From an uncultured Desulfospira sp. (GTDB taxonomy: Bacteria > Desulfobacterota > Desulfobacteria > Desulfobacterales > Desulfobacteraceae): a stretch of 64,000 nucleotides of DNA. Below are positions 50,718 through 60,965 of this stretch, piece after piece. Within the stretch, counting starts at the first letter, position 1. The number at the start of each line of letters is the position of its first letter. A program made the translations under genes and the position numbers. The DNA lies in contig OY760175.1 of the NCBI GenBank assembly GCA_963663165.1, positions 3,104,001 to 3,168,000 of the forward strand, read 5' to 3'. The notes under the pieces are model-generated. The model saw only the letters and a program-made list of their open reading frames with translations. It did no database searches and had not been told where the DNA came from.

Positions 50718-51221
50718 TTATGCGTTAAAAGCCCACCGGGCTTTAAGGGTCTTTATTATCCACTGTACAGCCGGGTGGATGGCGTTTTGGGCATAGGTGG
50801 TGAGCCCCGGCCTGATTTCATTGGGGATGGCGTCGGTCTGCATGGCCAGCACTTTGACGTCAACACCCTGGTCCCCAAGTTGGGACAGCAGGCTGGAGGA
50901 GGGGGATTGATGCAGGGAAAAATCTGATATTTTTTCTTTGGGAACCTGTGAAAGGTCCAGTTCAAACACACTTCCGTTTTCACGACCGTCAACGGTCACG
51001 GCATCGACAACGATCAGGAGCTTGGGTTTGTTCTCCTGCAAGAGCAGATCAAACACAAGATCCCGGATGCCGGTACCGGCATCCATTACCAAAACCGAAT
51101 CCGGCAGGTCATAGTCTTTGGCCAGATGGCCGGCCACTGCCGGACCAAAACCATCATTTCCAAACAAGGTATTGCCGCAGCCCAAAACCAGAAACGGTTT
51201 GCTGTATATTTCCGTACTCAT
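50718..51221 (-). CDS. Hydrogenase maturation protease
   Basis: LVLGCGNTLFGNDGFG, DAGT, IVVDA, SLHQ. Confidence 0.92.
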   Translation of the reverse strand: MSTEIYSKPFLVLGCGNTLFGNDGFGPAVAGHLAKDYDLPDSVLVMDAGTGIRDLVFDLLLQENKPKLLIVVDAVTVDGRENGSVFELDLSQVPKEKISDFSLHQSPSSSLLSQLGDQGVDVKVLAMQTDAIPNEIRPGLTTYAQNAIHPAVQWIIKTLKARWAFNA

Positions 51222-51492
51222 TACTACCTTTGCAACCTGTCCCTTCAGATTCTTTGAACCGGATAAAACCATTTAAATCCAATTCAAACATAACCATCCG
51301 GGAATCATAACATCTTCTCATGCTCTGAGAAAAAAATTTGAATTCTTATCAGAGAAAAAACGGCAAGTCAATATGGGTGGCAAAAAAAAATACAGGGTGA
51401 TGGCATGTAATCTGCCGGATGTCTGGTATGTGAATATGGAGACTGAAAACCGGAAACGGGAGACCGGATGAGGCGGTGTTGTTGGGTCGGTC

Positions 51493-51519
51493 GTAGGGAC
51501 AATTCATGAATTGCCCCAC
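51493..51519. repeat. GTAG-type REP palindrome
   Basis: GTAGGGACAATTCATGAATTGCCCCAC. Confidence 0.65.
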
Positions 51520-51592
51520 CATCACCATCCCCTGTAATTATGATAAATAGGGAACCGCCATTAAATCAATTTGGGGGTTGGGAGGGGACTTT

Positions 51593-52123
51593 TTATGGTT
51601 TGATCCGGACAGGGATTCCGGCCACAGTCATGACCACTTTATCAGCGGCAGCGGCCACGGCCTGATTGATAAATCCGGCAAGATCCCGGAACCGCCTTGC
51701 CAAGGCATTCTCGGGAACAATCCCCTGGCCCACCTCATTGGATACCAGAAATACCGGGCACTGGGCGGCTTTAAGTGCCGACACCAATTGGGGAGCATAG
51801 GACATGATTTCCGGATCTTCCTTTCCCTGGGCCATGAGGTTGGCGGTCCAGAGGGTCAGGCAATCCACCACAATCACATGGGCGGTTCTTGAATCGGTTT
51901 CGATCACCCGGTGGATATCAACGGGCTCTTCAACGGTCTGCCAGTCTTCGCCCCTTTCGGCCTGGTGGCGGACCACCCGCTGTTCCATCTCAGCATCGGC
52001 CGGAACCGAGGTGGCTAAAAATAATTTATGATTACCGGAAATTTTATTGGCCGCATCCAGAGCAAACCGGCTTTTTCCGCTCCGGCATCCGCCGATAACC
52101 AGCGTAACTTCACATTTCAGCAT
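51593..52123 (-). CDS. cobU: Bifunctional adenosylcobinamide kinase/guanylyltransferase
   Basis: GGCRSGKS, DAEMEQRV.RHQ.ER, VDCLTLW, VSNEVGQGIVP, FRDLAG..NQ. Confidence 0.95.
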   Translation of the reverse strand: MLKCEVTLVIGGCRSGKSRFALDAANKISGNHKLFLATSVPADAEMEQRVVRHQAERGEDWQTVEEPVDIHRVIETDSRTAHVIVVDCLTLWTANLMAQGKEDPEIMSYAPQLVSALKAAQCPVFLVSNEVGQGIVPENALARRFRDLAGFINQAVAAAADKVVMTVAGIPVRIKP

Positions 52124-52156
52124 ATCTTTTCCTTACAGCACGGTTCCGGGATGTGT

Positions 52157-52897
52157 TTAGTTTTCAGAAGAGGGGGCTTCCTCCGGATCGACTTCATGGG
52201 AACCGCCGCCGGAACCCCAGATATCCACAATGGTTCTGTTGCCGGGGTACTCAACGGTTTTATAGTGGGTCACATTAGACAGCTTCTGGGTAATCCGGCC
52301 AAGCCGTTCCGCCTGGCTTTTGATGGCGTTCAATCCCCGGTCCATTATTTTTTCATCATCTCTTTCCAGCAGCAGCAGATCGGAAAACCCGATGATCGCC
52401 TGAAGGGGCTGGTTGATCTCGTGGCAGACCGCACCGGCCATTTCAAGGACCCCCTGAAGCCGTTCTTTTTCCGCGGCGGCTTTCTGCGCGGCTTTTTTCT
52501 GGGAAATGTCCGTATAAATGACAATATTCCAGCCCGTGGGGTTGTCACCGTCCGCGCAATTGATTCTGACATTGGCCGGAAACAGGCTTTGGTCTTTGCG
52601 GCACAGGGTTATTTCATATTCCAGGGTGCCTTTGATGGCAAGGTCACGGTATAGCCACTCCCCGACCTGTTCATACTCCTCCAGGCTTGAGTAAATGATC
52701 CGGACACTTTTTTCCTCAAACTCCTCTTTGGAATCATATCCGAAAATCCGGACCATTTCCTGGTTCACCCACTTGTAAACCCGGTTTTCAACCAGAGCGA
52801 TGCCCACAGGGCAGGTTTCCAGAATTTTTTCCAGGATCAGCTCCTGCTGGCCGATTTTTTCTTCATTCAAAAGGAGCTTTTTGGATTTTTTTTGCAT
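52157..52897 (-). CDS. PAS domain + HisKA-like protein (no HATPase domain)
   Basis: PAS fold, then MAGAVCHEINQPLQAI H-box; the protein ends shortly after. Confidence 0.85.
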   Translation of the reverse strand: MQKKSKKLLLNEEKIGQQELILEKILETCPVGIALVENRVYKWVNQEMVRIFGYDSKEEFEEKSVRIIYSSLEEYEQVGEWLYRDLAIKGTLEYEITLCRKDQSLFPANVRINCADGDNPTGWNIVIYTDISQKKAAQKAAAEKERLQGVLEMAGAVCHEINQPLQAIIGFSDLLLLERDDEKIMDRGLNAIKSQAERLGRITQKLSNVTHYKTVEYPGNRTIVDIWGSGGGSHEVDPEEAPSSEN

Positions 52898-53085
52898 GTT
52901 TTGCTTCCAACAAATCAATAGTGCTTGTTGAACACCCTGTTTTTATGCCATAATGCCGCGATCAAGCATATTTGGGCAGTATACCAAGTGTTTACCAAAA
53001 TGGATAGTTAATATTACATTAACCTTAAACCAAAATTTTACTTTAACCCAAGCCCGGCCCAACCGGCACCATGGAATGTTTTTTT

Positions 53086-54606
53086 ATGAAATCCATTGAA
53101 GAACTCCCGCTTCTATATGAGATCAGTGAAGCCTTAAACCAGCACATGGACATGAAAAAATCCCTGTTTAAGGTGTTGAGCGTATTGTCCGAATCCCTGA
53201 ACCTGATCCGGGGAATCATTTTCCTGACCAATTCGGAAACCGGGGAGATCCGCATCGAGATTGCCCACGGCATCTCCGAAGAAACCACAAAACAAATCAA
53301 GTACCTTCCCGGAGAAGGGGTTATCGGACAGGTCATTGAAACCGGCAAGCCCGCCGTGGTGCCACGGATCAGCAAGGAGCCGCTCTTCTTAGACAAGACC
53401 CATTCCAGGAACATTGCTGAAGGCCAGGAATACTCATTTATCTGCGTGCCCATTAAAAAAGAAAGCCGGGTGGTCGGGGCCATCAGTGCAGACCGGCCTT
53501 TTGAAGGAAAAGTCTCCCTGAAACAGGGGGAAAAGCTGTTGTCCATTGTGGCCACCATGGTGGCCCACCATGTCATCAACATTGAAACCGTAAGGGTGGA
53601 AAAAGAGCAGTTAAAGACCGAGAACCTGCGCCTTAAATCAGAACTGGAAAACCGGTACAGCTTTACCAACATCATCGGCAACTCCAACAAGATGCGGGAG
53701 GTGCTTCAGATGATCTCTCAGGTGTCTTCATCCTCGGCAACGGTCCTGATCCGGGGGGAAAGCGGTACCGGAAAGGAGCTGGTGGCCAACTCCATCCATT
53801 ACAATTCTTCGAGAAACCATAAGCCCTTTATCAAGATCAACTGTGCCGCCATCCCGGAAAACCTCATTGAAAGCGAGCTGTTCGGACATGAGAAAGGCGC
53901 CTTTACCGGGGCGTCTCACCAGAAAAAAGGCAAATTTGAAATGGCGGACAAGGGGACCATTTTCCTGGACGAGATCGGCAATATGGATCTCGGGGCCCAG
54001 GTCAAGCTGCTTCGGGTCCTCCAGGAAAAGGAATTTGAGCGGGTGGGCTCCTATGAATCCATTAAAACCGATGTGAGGATCGTGGCCGCCACCAACGCCA
54101 ATTTAGAGGAGATGGTCAAACAGGGAAAATTCCGGGATGACCTTTACTTCAGGCTCAACGTCTTTCCCATCTATATTCCGTCGTTGCGCATGAGAAAGAC
54201 CGATATTATCCTTTTGGCCGACCATTTCTTAGAAAAATACAGAAAAGAACACAGCAAGGAAATCAAACGGATCACCACCCCGGCCATTGACATGATGATG
54301 GAGTACCACTGGCCGGGCAATGTCCGGGAGCTTGAAAACTGTGTGGAACGGGCCGTTATCCTGTGCAATGAAGGGGCCATCCACTCTTACCACCTGCCGG
54401 CCACCCTCCAGACCGGCACCAAATCCAAAACCCTGCCCCTGTCTTTGGAAGATGCCGTGGGGAACCTGGAAAAGGAAATCCTCATGGATGCCCTGAAAAA
54501 CACCCGGGGAAATATCAAAAAAGCGGCCAAGCTGATCAATATCACGGTCAGAAAATTTTCCTATAAGGCGGCCAGATACAACATCAACTATAAAGATTAC
54601 CGGTAG
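53086..54606 (+). CDS. GAF-AAA-HTH sigma54 activator (NifA-like architecture)
   Basis: GAF domain, [23 protein letters not shown]-terminal HTH. Confidence 0.93.
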   Translation: MKSIEELPLLYEISEALNQHMDMKKSLFKVLSVLSESLNLIRGIIFLTNSETGEIRIEIAHGISEETTKQIKYLPGEGVIGQVIETGKPAVVPRISKEPLFLDKTHSRNIAEGQEYSFICVPIKKESRVVGAISADRPFEGKVSLKQGEKLLSIVATMVAHHVINIETVRVEKEQLKTENLRLKSELENRYSFTNIIGNSNKMREVLQMISQVSSSSATVLIRGESGTGKELVANSIHYNSSRNHKPFIKINCAAIPENLIESELFGHEKGAFTGASHQKKGKFEMADKGTIFLDEIGNMDLGAQVKLLRVLQEKEFERVGSYESIKTDVRIVAATNANLEEMVKQGKFRDDLYFRLNVFPIYIPSLRMRKTDIILLADHFLEKYRKEHSKEIKRITTPAIDMMMEYHWPGNVRELENCVERAVILCNEGAIHSYHLPATLQTGTKSKTLPLSLEDAVGNLEKEILMDALKNTRGNIKKAAKLINITVRKFSYKAARYNINYKDYR

Positions 54607-54627
54607 AACACGAGGGTGGAGACAGGA

Positions 54628-55194
54628 ATGGGGATAAAATTCTGCAGCGCCTGCGGCGGCAGGGTGGGAAATGAAATTCCGGTGGATGACGACCATATCC
54701 GGGCCGTCTGCACCCAGTGCGGTGCCGTCCATTATGAAAACCCCAAAATGGTGGTGGGCTGCATCCCTGTCCTGGACGATAAAATTTTGATGTGCAAGAG
54801 AAATATTGAACCCCGGAAAGGATTATGGACCCTGCCGGCCGGATACCTTGAAAACGGGGAAACCGTTCAGAACGGTGCGGCAAGGGAAACCCTGGAAGAA
54901 ACCGGGTCAGCGGTTGAAATCATTGCCCCCTACCGGATGTACAACATTGTTTTTGTCCATCAGATCTATCTCATGTTCAGGGCCAGGCTCATGGATAAGA
55001 ACTTTGGTCCCACCAAGGAAAGCTCAGAGATCATGCTGGTGGATGAAGACCATATCCCCTGGGACAATATTGCATTTGAGGTCATCCGAAGAACCTTGAA
55101 AAATTTTTTGGCAGACCGGGAAAAGGGCCTCTACGAGTTTAAAGTCAGGGATCTTTCCCCGCCCCCGGGATGGCGGGAGACTGAAAGGATTTAA
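54628..55194 (+). CDS. NUDIX hydrolase with N-terminal zinc ribbon
   Basis: FCSACG..CTQCG..HYENP; Nudix box GYLENGETVQNGAARETLEETG. Confidence 0.93.
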   Translation: MGIKFCSACGGRVGNEIPVDDDHIRAVCTQCGAVHYENPKMVVGCIPVLDDKILMCKRNIEPRKGLWTLPAGYLENGETVQNGAARETLEETGSAVEIIAPYRMYNIVFVHQIYLMFRARLMDKNFGPTKESSEIMLVDEDHIPWDNIAFEVIRRTLKNFLADREKGLYEFKVRDLSPPPGWRETERI

Positions 55195-55233
55195 GGCTGA
55201 AGGCCATGGTCAATCCCATCCCTTCAGCCTTAA
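55192..55233. terminator. Putative bidirectional terminator between convergent genes
   Basis: TAAGGCTGAAGG...CCTTCAGCCTTA hairpin. Confidence 0.55.
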
Positions 55234-55283
55234 ATCCATTTTTACACCGGATGTGCGGTTTAATTCATGTTAAGAGTGCAACA

Positions 55284-56111
55284 TCATTGATGCGCCTTCC
55301 TGCGGCGCATACCGACCAGGCCAAGCAGGCCCGACCCGAACAAAAAGATGGCTCCCGGGACCGGCACGGTAGTCAGGTTGTCCATGGCAAAGTAGGCCGG
55401 CGTGTTCATGTTGCGTCCACTCCCATCAGATGATGAGAGTTCAAATTCCAAACCATACACTGACCCCAATCCGGTGAGATCGACCCAGGCCCATTCATCA
55501 AGGATGTAATCCTCACTGCTGTCAGCAAAACGATAGTCAGCCAGGTAAAATTTAACAGAAGCATCCGTTTTTCCATAGTTTTCGTCCAATGCATAAATGG
55601 TCAGCAAAAACCAGTCCTCATCAGTGCCGTCTTCTCCGCCGAATTTTTTGGCATAGGAATCTCCATTCACCATGGAAAGATATGCATAGGTGGTGTTGGT
55701 AACATAAAATCCATCCATTACCTGGGCGTATTCACCGGTGGTATAACCGTTGTATGTCTGGGCACGTTGCCCCCACATAGTCATTGTGAATGCGACGGCA
55801 TAGTTGGAAGACCCGTTTACCCCTCCTCCAGTGATGGCGCTATACTGATTGGGAATCCCTGGTGTAGTCGTATCAGTGGTATTGGAATAGGCAAAGCCTT
55901 CCCACGAATAATAAGCGGCCGCTTCATAATTGGCAAAATAATTATCCCCGCTGATAAAGCCACCGAAAGTTCCGTATCCGGAACCGTCATCGTCACCGTT
56001 CCAATAGCTCTCGGAAGACAACGTCAAGTCCTCAAAAGTTGATACAGCCGCACCGGCAACCGGTGCAACGGCCAGTAAAAAAACCAATACAAGTAATGCT
56101 GTTTTTCTCAT
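55284..56111 (-). CDS. DUF4465 domain protein with PEP-CTERM (VPVPGA) sorting tail
   Basis: Signal peptide; SWEGFAYSN.TD, VTNTTYAYLSM..GD.YAKKFGG, TPAYFAMDN; C-terminus VPVPGAIFLFGSGLLGLVGMRRRK. Confidence 0.87.
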   Translation of the reverse strand: MRKTALLVLVFLLAVAPVAGAAVSTFEDLTLSSESYWNGDDDGSGYGTFGGFISGDNYFANYEAAAYYSWEGFAYSNTTDTTTPGIPNQYSAITGGGVNGSSNYAVAFTMTMWGQRAQTYNGYTTGEYAQVMDGFYVTNTTYAYLSMVNGDSYAKKFGGEDGTDEDWFLLTIYALDENYGKTDASVKFYLADYRFADSSEDYILDEWAWVDLTGLGSVYGLEFELSSSDGSGRNMNTPAYFAMDNLTTVPVPGAIFLFGSGLLGLVGMRRRKAHQ

Positions 56112-56206
56112 TTTGTTCTCCTTTTATTTTGTACTTCTAATAAATGGGGTCAAGGTAAATTCCAATTTGATGTATTGACCCCGTTTCGGCTTTCTTGAGT
56201 TTATTA

Positions 56207-56349
56207 AGCAATATCCCCCAAACTCAAATTAACTGGTTGTTTTGATCAACAGCCCAGCCCTCCGATTCCCGGCAATGTCAAGGGATGAGGGTCAGCGGCT
56301 GTTTGAGCCCGTAACCTGGAATATGATTTAAAATTTGGGGAAATATACT
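56207..56349. repeat. Palindromic MITE-like element
   Basis: Imperfect TIR AGCAATATCCCCCAAA / TTTGGGGAAATATACT; inner AACAGCC..GGCTGTT stem. Confidence 0.45.
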
Positions 56350-56613
56350 CACTTTAATTTATTTTTTCTCGGACTTTTTTGCTAAATGTCAGCACTTTTT
56401 TGCTATTTATTCACTTTTTCTTCATTTTTTTGCGAATAATCCGATTGTGCGGCGATTTAGGCAGTGCGTAGAAATAAATTGCAGATATTGCGCCGAATTT
56501 TGATTCTTGCTTATTTTCAGCATTAGCTGATTAGATACGACGGTCCGGCGCAAGTGTCAGGTCAAACCAATTCTTTTTGAGCCTGAACCACTTCAGCCTG
56601 GAGGGCTATAGAT

Positions 56614-57528
56614 CTACCGAGTCAGGCAGGATGTAAATTGTTTGAAAATTCGTTTGGAGAACTTTCCGGCCACGGTTTCGTCTTTGATCATGCTCAGGGA
56701 ATCAAAGGGTTTTTTACTCTTTCGAAAGGCTTTGTTCCAGTAGGTTAAGGATTCATAAGAGTCAATAAGGCCGACAAGCTGGCTTTCCCATTCAATATCC
56801 TTACTTCCGTGGGGATAGCCGCTGCCGTCCAGCCGCTCATGGTGCTGGAGCGCCACCAGGGAAACCACATTATCAATTTTAATGTTCTCGGTGATGATTT
56901 TATACCCTGAAAGGGGGTGGGTTTTATAAATCTCGAACTCTTTTTCCGTAAGCCGGTTCTGCTTTTCAAGGATGGCGCTGTCTATCTGAGAAGTTCCCAC
57001 ATCATGGAGCAGCGATGAAAGGCAGGTAATCATGGTCCGGGATTCTTCAAGTTTGTAAAACAGATAAAACTGCAAAATCAGGGCCGTTACATTGACCGTA
57101 TGCTCCACCACCACCTTTGAACTGGCAGACATCTGGGCCAGATATCCCATGACCTGATGGTTTTTATCATAGGCATCCAGCAGAATTTCAATGGTGTCGG
57201 GCAGGGCTTCCATGGTTTTTTCCTGGCCCGGGGTCAGGGCCTCTTCTACAATCATGCAAAGGGCCTTTTTAACTGACAAAAGCCCTTTCCCGGCAATGCT
57301 TTCCTGGAGATGGCGGTTCAGACATGTACTCAACTCCTTCATGGCCGCATCTTTTTCATTGGCCGGAAGGAGAAGTTCGGGCTGGCCGTGTTTTTTGAAG
57401 CGGTCCGGGTCCAGGCGCTCCCCTTCTATTTTGTAAAGGACGGGTTCCCCCTCTTTTTCCGACTTGAGAAATAGGGGTACCTGTTCCAGCAAAAGGGCCT
57501 GGGAGGATTTAACCGGCAAATAGTCCAT
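56614..57528 (-). CDS. HD-GYP domain phosphodiesterase
   Basis: EHTVNV, LLHDVG, HHERLDGSGYP. Confidence 0.93.
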   Translation of the reverse strand: MDYLPVKSSQALLLEQVPLFLKSEKEGEPVLYKIEGERLDPDRFKKHGQPELLLPANEKDAAMKELSTCLNRHLQESIAGKGLLSVKKALCMIVEEALTPGQEKTMEALPDTIEILLDAYDKNHQVMGYLAQMSASSKVVVEHTVNVTALILQFYLFYKLEESRTMITCLSSLLHDVGTSQIDSAILEKQNRLTEKEFEIYKTHPLSGYKIITENIKIDNVVSLVALQHHERLDGSGYPHGSKDIEWESQLVGLIDSYESLTYWNKAFRKSKKPFDSLSMIKDETVAGKFSKRIFKQFTSCLTR

Positions 57529-57541
57529 AATCCGTCATTCG

Positions 57542-58213
57542 CTAATCGGCTGTACCGTAAGTTTCAAGGTACGCCTCAATTTTTTTATTCATGGCTTGAT
57601 CCAGCACCACGGTGCCGTTGATCTCTTTATTGAGCAGGACCTGCTTGATATCCGAGATGGTGACAATGGAAAAAATGGGAATGCCCAAGGTCTCTTCCAC
57701 CTCTTTGAGGGCGTTTTTATCTGTCTTTCCCTTTTCCTGGCGGTCGACGCTGATTACAATCCCCTTTACCGGGGGGTTGCCGCAGCTTTTAAGGATCTCC
57801 AGGGATTCCCTTATGGCCTTGCCCGAGGTGATCACATCGTCCACTAAGATCAGCCGGGTGTCGGCTGCCAGGGGCATGCCCACCACAAGGCTTTTGTCCG
57901 CATAGGTCTTGGCCTCTTTTCGATTGTATACATACCCCTTGTCCACCCCTTTTTCCGCCAGGGCCGTGGCCGTTGAAATGCACAGGGGAATTCCTTTATA
58001 TGCCGGGCCATAGATGCCGTCAAAATCTGATCCAAAATGTTCCTGAACCGCCTTGGCATAACAGGCCCCGAGTTTTTTAATTTTCATGCCCGTATCAAAC
58101 ATGCCGGTATTGATGAAATAGGGGGCGATCCGGCCGGATTTCAATTGAAACTCCCCGAACTTCAATGCATTGCACTGGACCAGAAACTCAATAAATTCTT
58201 CTTTGTATGTCAT
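57542..58213 (-). CDS. pyrE: Orotate phosphoribosyltransferase
   Basis: LKSGRIAPYFIN, GPAYKGIP, NRKEAK, VDDVITSG. Confidence 0.96.
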   Translation of the reverse strand: MTYKEEFIEFLVQCNALKFGEFQLKSGRIAPYFINTGMFDTGMKIKKLGACYAKAVQEHFGSDFDGIYGPAYKGIPLCISTATALAEKGVDKGYVYNRKEAKTYADKSLVVGMPLAADTRLILVDDVITSGKAIRESLEILKSCGNPPVKGIVISVDRQEKGKTDKNALKEVEETLGIPIFSIVTISDIKQVLLNKEINGTVVLDQAMNKKIEAYLETYGTAD

Positions 58214-58312
58214 GGTACTCCTTATTCAGGCGTTTAGGTGTTTAGACTGAAGGGTATCAATCCGTTTTCAGCCGTCAACCTTCAGCCTTCAGTCTATTTA
58301 CCTAAACACTAT

Positions 58313-59152
58313 TTATGAACACCGCCAGGTCGCATAATCCGCTATGCTGACCGGTTTTCCGGACTTCAGCAGGGCCGTCCGGTTAAAATCCGCCATGGTC
58401 GCCAGGGTGTCGGCGTCAAACACCGGGCCGTCGGCACAGACCAGATGCCCGCCGCAGGTACAAGCCCCGCAGACCCCGAACCCGCATCTCATGTACCGTT
58501 CCAGGGAAACCTGGCATGGAATGCCATGGGCCCTGCAGATCTCAAAGACCCGGTACATCATGATTTCCGGGCCGCAGGCATAGACCATATCCAACGGGTT
58601 GCGGCCGGATTCTTTCCGAAGAACAATCTCCTGTTCCAGAAGATCTGTGACAAATCCTTTGTGGCCCTGGCTGCCGTCATCGGTGCAGATCCTCCGGTCG
58701 CAGTCAAACCGGTCCGGATAAAGGAGAAATTCCCGGGACCTTGCCCCGTGAATCAGACAAATCCCCGGGTCAAGCTGCTCCACAAGGCAGGCCAGCGGCG
58801 CCATGCCGCATCCGCCGGCCACCACCGCCACATCCGGGGACGAAACCATATGAAACCCCTTGCCAAATGGCCCCCGAAACCCCACCAGATCCCCGGGAAC
58901 CAAATCAACCGCCTTTCTGGAAAACAGCCCCTTGGCTTCCACGGTGATGGCGAACCGGTCCGGGGTATGAACACTGATGGTATAGGGCTTTTCGTCAACC
59001 CCGGGAATCCAGACCATAATAAACTGGCCGGGCTGAAAGGAAATGGAATGATTAAAAACCAGGGTGGCAAAGCTGTCGTTATGGACCTGCTTTTCAGCCA
59101 CCCGGACCATGGCATGCCTTAAACGGGCGTTTGTCTGATGTTCCGGATTCAT
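58313..59152 (-). CDS. pyrK: Dihydroorotate dehydrogenase electron transfer subunit
   Basis: PGQFIMVW, RGPFGKGF, CGPEIMM, CGFGVCGAC..VCADGPVF. Confidence 0.93.
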   Translation of the reverse strand: MNPEHQTNARLRHAMVRVAEKQVHNDSFATLVFNHSISFQPGQFIMVWIPGVDEKPYTISVHTPDRFAITVEAKGLFSRKAVDLVPGDLVGFRGPFGKGFHMVSSPDVAVVAGGCGMAPLACLVEQLDPGICLIHGARSREFLLYPDRFDCDRRICTDDGSQGHKGFVTDLLEQEIVLRKESGRNPLDMVYACGPEIMMYRVFEICRAHGIPCQVSLERYMRCGFGVCGACTCGGHLVCADGPVFDADTLATMADFNRTALLKSGKPVSIADYATWRCS

Positions 59153-60063
59153 TTGACCCTCCCGGATTCATGGGCGGCCCCGATAATATTTTCCAAAAGT
59201 TCCCCATGGGATTCAAGCCAGGAATGAATCTCCTGATTCACCTTTGCAAACACATCCATGCCCCGGGACAGGACTGCCGAGCCCATGCCAACCAGGCTGG
59301 CACCGGCCATGAACATTTCCACGGCATCGGCTCCGGTACATATGCCCCCTAAGCCGATGATGGGGATAGAGACCGCTTTATAAATATCATAGACGCACCG
59401 GACGGCAATGGGCCGGATCATGGGGCCGGACAACCCGCCCCGGCCAAAGGCCAGCACCGGCATCCGTGCCTCAATGTCGATAATCATACCGGGTCCGGCC
59501 GTGTTGATGGCGCAGATGGCGTCGGCGCCGGCGTCCTCGCAGGCCTTGGCAATTTTTCCGATATCCGTGGCCTGGGGGGTGAGTTTGGCAATCAACGGAA
59601 CATCAATCACCTGTTTAACGGCAGACACCACCTCGTATGAGGACTTCTCGTTAATCCCGAAAATCATGCCGTGCTGTTCTGAATTGGGGCAGGAAATATT
59701 GATTTCAATGAAATCCGGTTTTTTAGAGGAGACAAACCGGGCCACGGTCCGGTATTCTTCAACCGATCCGCCGTAAATGCTGGCATTTAAAGGAAAGGCC
59801 CGTTTTTCCAGGGCCGCCCATTCCTTTTCCATGTTCTCAAATCCAGGGGAAGGCAGGCCCACGGCATTGATCATCCCATACCCCAAGTTGATCACGGTGG
59901 GGTTTTTATGGCCGTCCCGGGGGTAGGGGCCAATGGACTTCATGGTGGGAAGGCCGCATCCGCTGTCATAAACCCGCTTAAGGCTGTCAAAGCTGGAACC
60001 CAAAACACCTGAGGCCAGGACCGTGGGATTCTTCAATGATTTTCCCAAAAAACGAACTTCCAT
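59149..60063 (-). CDS. pyrD: Dihydroorotate dehydrogenase, family 1B catalytic subunit
   Basis: NPTVLASG, NAVGL, NISCPN, KLTP, GGLSG..IRP.A. Confidence 0.95.
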   Translation of the reverse strand: MEVRFLGKSLKNPTVLASGVLGSSFDSLKRVYDSGCGLPTMKSIGPYPRDGHKNPTVINLGYGMINAVGLPSPGFENMEKEWAALEKRAFPLNASIYGGSVEEYRTVARFVSSKKPDFIEINISCPNSEQHGMIFGINEKSSYEVVSAVKQVIDVPLIAKLTPQATDIGKIAKACEDAGADAICAINTAGPGMIIDIEARMPVLAFGRGGLSGPMIRPIAVRCVYDIYKAVSIPIIGLGGICTGADAVEMFMAGASLVGMGSAVLSRGMDVFAKVNQEIHSWLESHGELLENIIGAAHESGRVK

Positions 60064-60240
60064 GACAGATGCGGTTTCCTTTTGGAAAAGCGGTTAGCAG
60101 TTCAATTTCAAATATCGCTGAATAGCCGTTACATAAATCAATTGCTTCTTTTACCATAAAAAAGGGGCTTTATTCCATGCTTTTTCAAGAAGTTCTTAAG
60201 GTCTATTGTCAAAGCACGAATTCTTGATTACCATAGCCCC

Positions 60241-60855
60241 ATGAACCCCAATGAGCCGAATACCCCTAACCGGATCATCCTTTTTGTCAGGGCACCGGAA
60301 AAAGGGAAGGTCAAAACCCGCCTGGCCCGGGATCTTGGAGAAACCAGGGCCCTTGAAATTTACAGACAGATGGCCGAATCCACACTGGCCAAGGCCCAAA
60401 AAGCGTCAAGGGGCCTGACCATCAGTTTCTGCCCGCCGGATCAGCTGCCCCTGGTCAGGGGCTGGCTGGGGAAGGCTTATAATTATTCGCCCCAGAACGG
60501 AAACACCATAGGAGACCGCATGGCCAACGCCCTTGACCGGGAATTCACCACCGGGGCCTTAAAGGCGGTTCTTACCGGCACGGATATCCCGGAGATTCAA
60601 TCGGATCACTTTATCCGGGCATTCAGGCTTTTAGAGCGCCATGACATGGTCATCGGCCCCAGCCTTGACGGCGGATACTGGCTGGTGGGCTTTGCCAGGG
60701 AAGGGTTTACCCCGGCGGTTTTCCAGGGTATTGAATGGAGCACCAATACCGTATTTTCAACCACCCTGGATCTGGCGGAAAAAGCCGATCTCTCCTGGGC
60801 CTGCCTGCCGGTGCTGCGGGATGTTGATACAGCACAGGATCTTGAAAGGATTTAA
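60241..60855 (+). CDS. DUF2064/TIGR04282-type glycosyltransferase-like protein
   Basis: PEKGKVKTRLA, Q.G..IGDRM, GTDIP, GPSLDGGYWL, LRDVDT..DL. Confidence 0.88.
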   Translation: MNPNEPNTPNRIILFVRAPEKGKVKTRLARDLGETRALEIYRQMAESTLAKAQKASRGLTISFCPPDQLPLVRGWLGKAYNYSPQNGNTIGDRMANALDREFTTGALKAVLTGTDIPEIQSDHFIRAFRLLERHDMVIGPSLDGGYWLVGFAREGFTPAVFQGIEWSTNTVFSTTLDLAEKADLSWACLPVLRDVDTAQDLERI

Positions 60856-60965
60856 AAAAAGGGGGGCCGGGCCTTCTCAACTGACCGTTTTAAAAACCCA
60901 TGCCGCAATACTGTTGTCAATACATTTCACTTGATCAAAAGGAAGAACCATTGTAGGTTTTCTTT

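Noticed and set aside
53086..54606. Nitrogen fixation regulator nifA
   Set aside because: Only the architecture matches; there are no nif genes in the window and GAF-bEBPs are numerous in this group.
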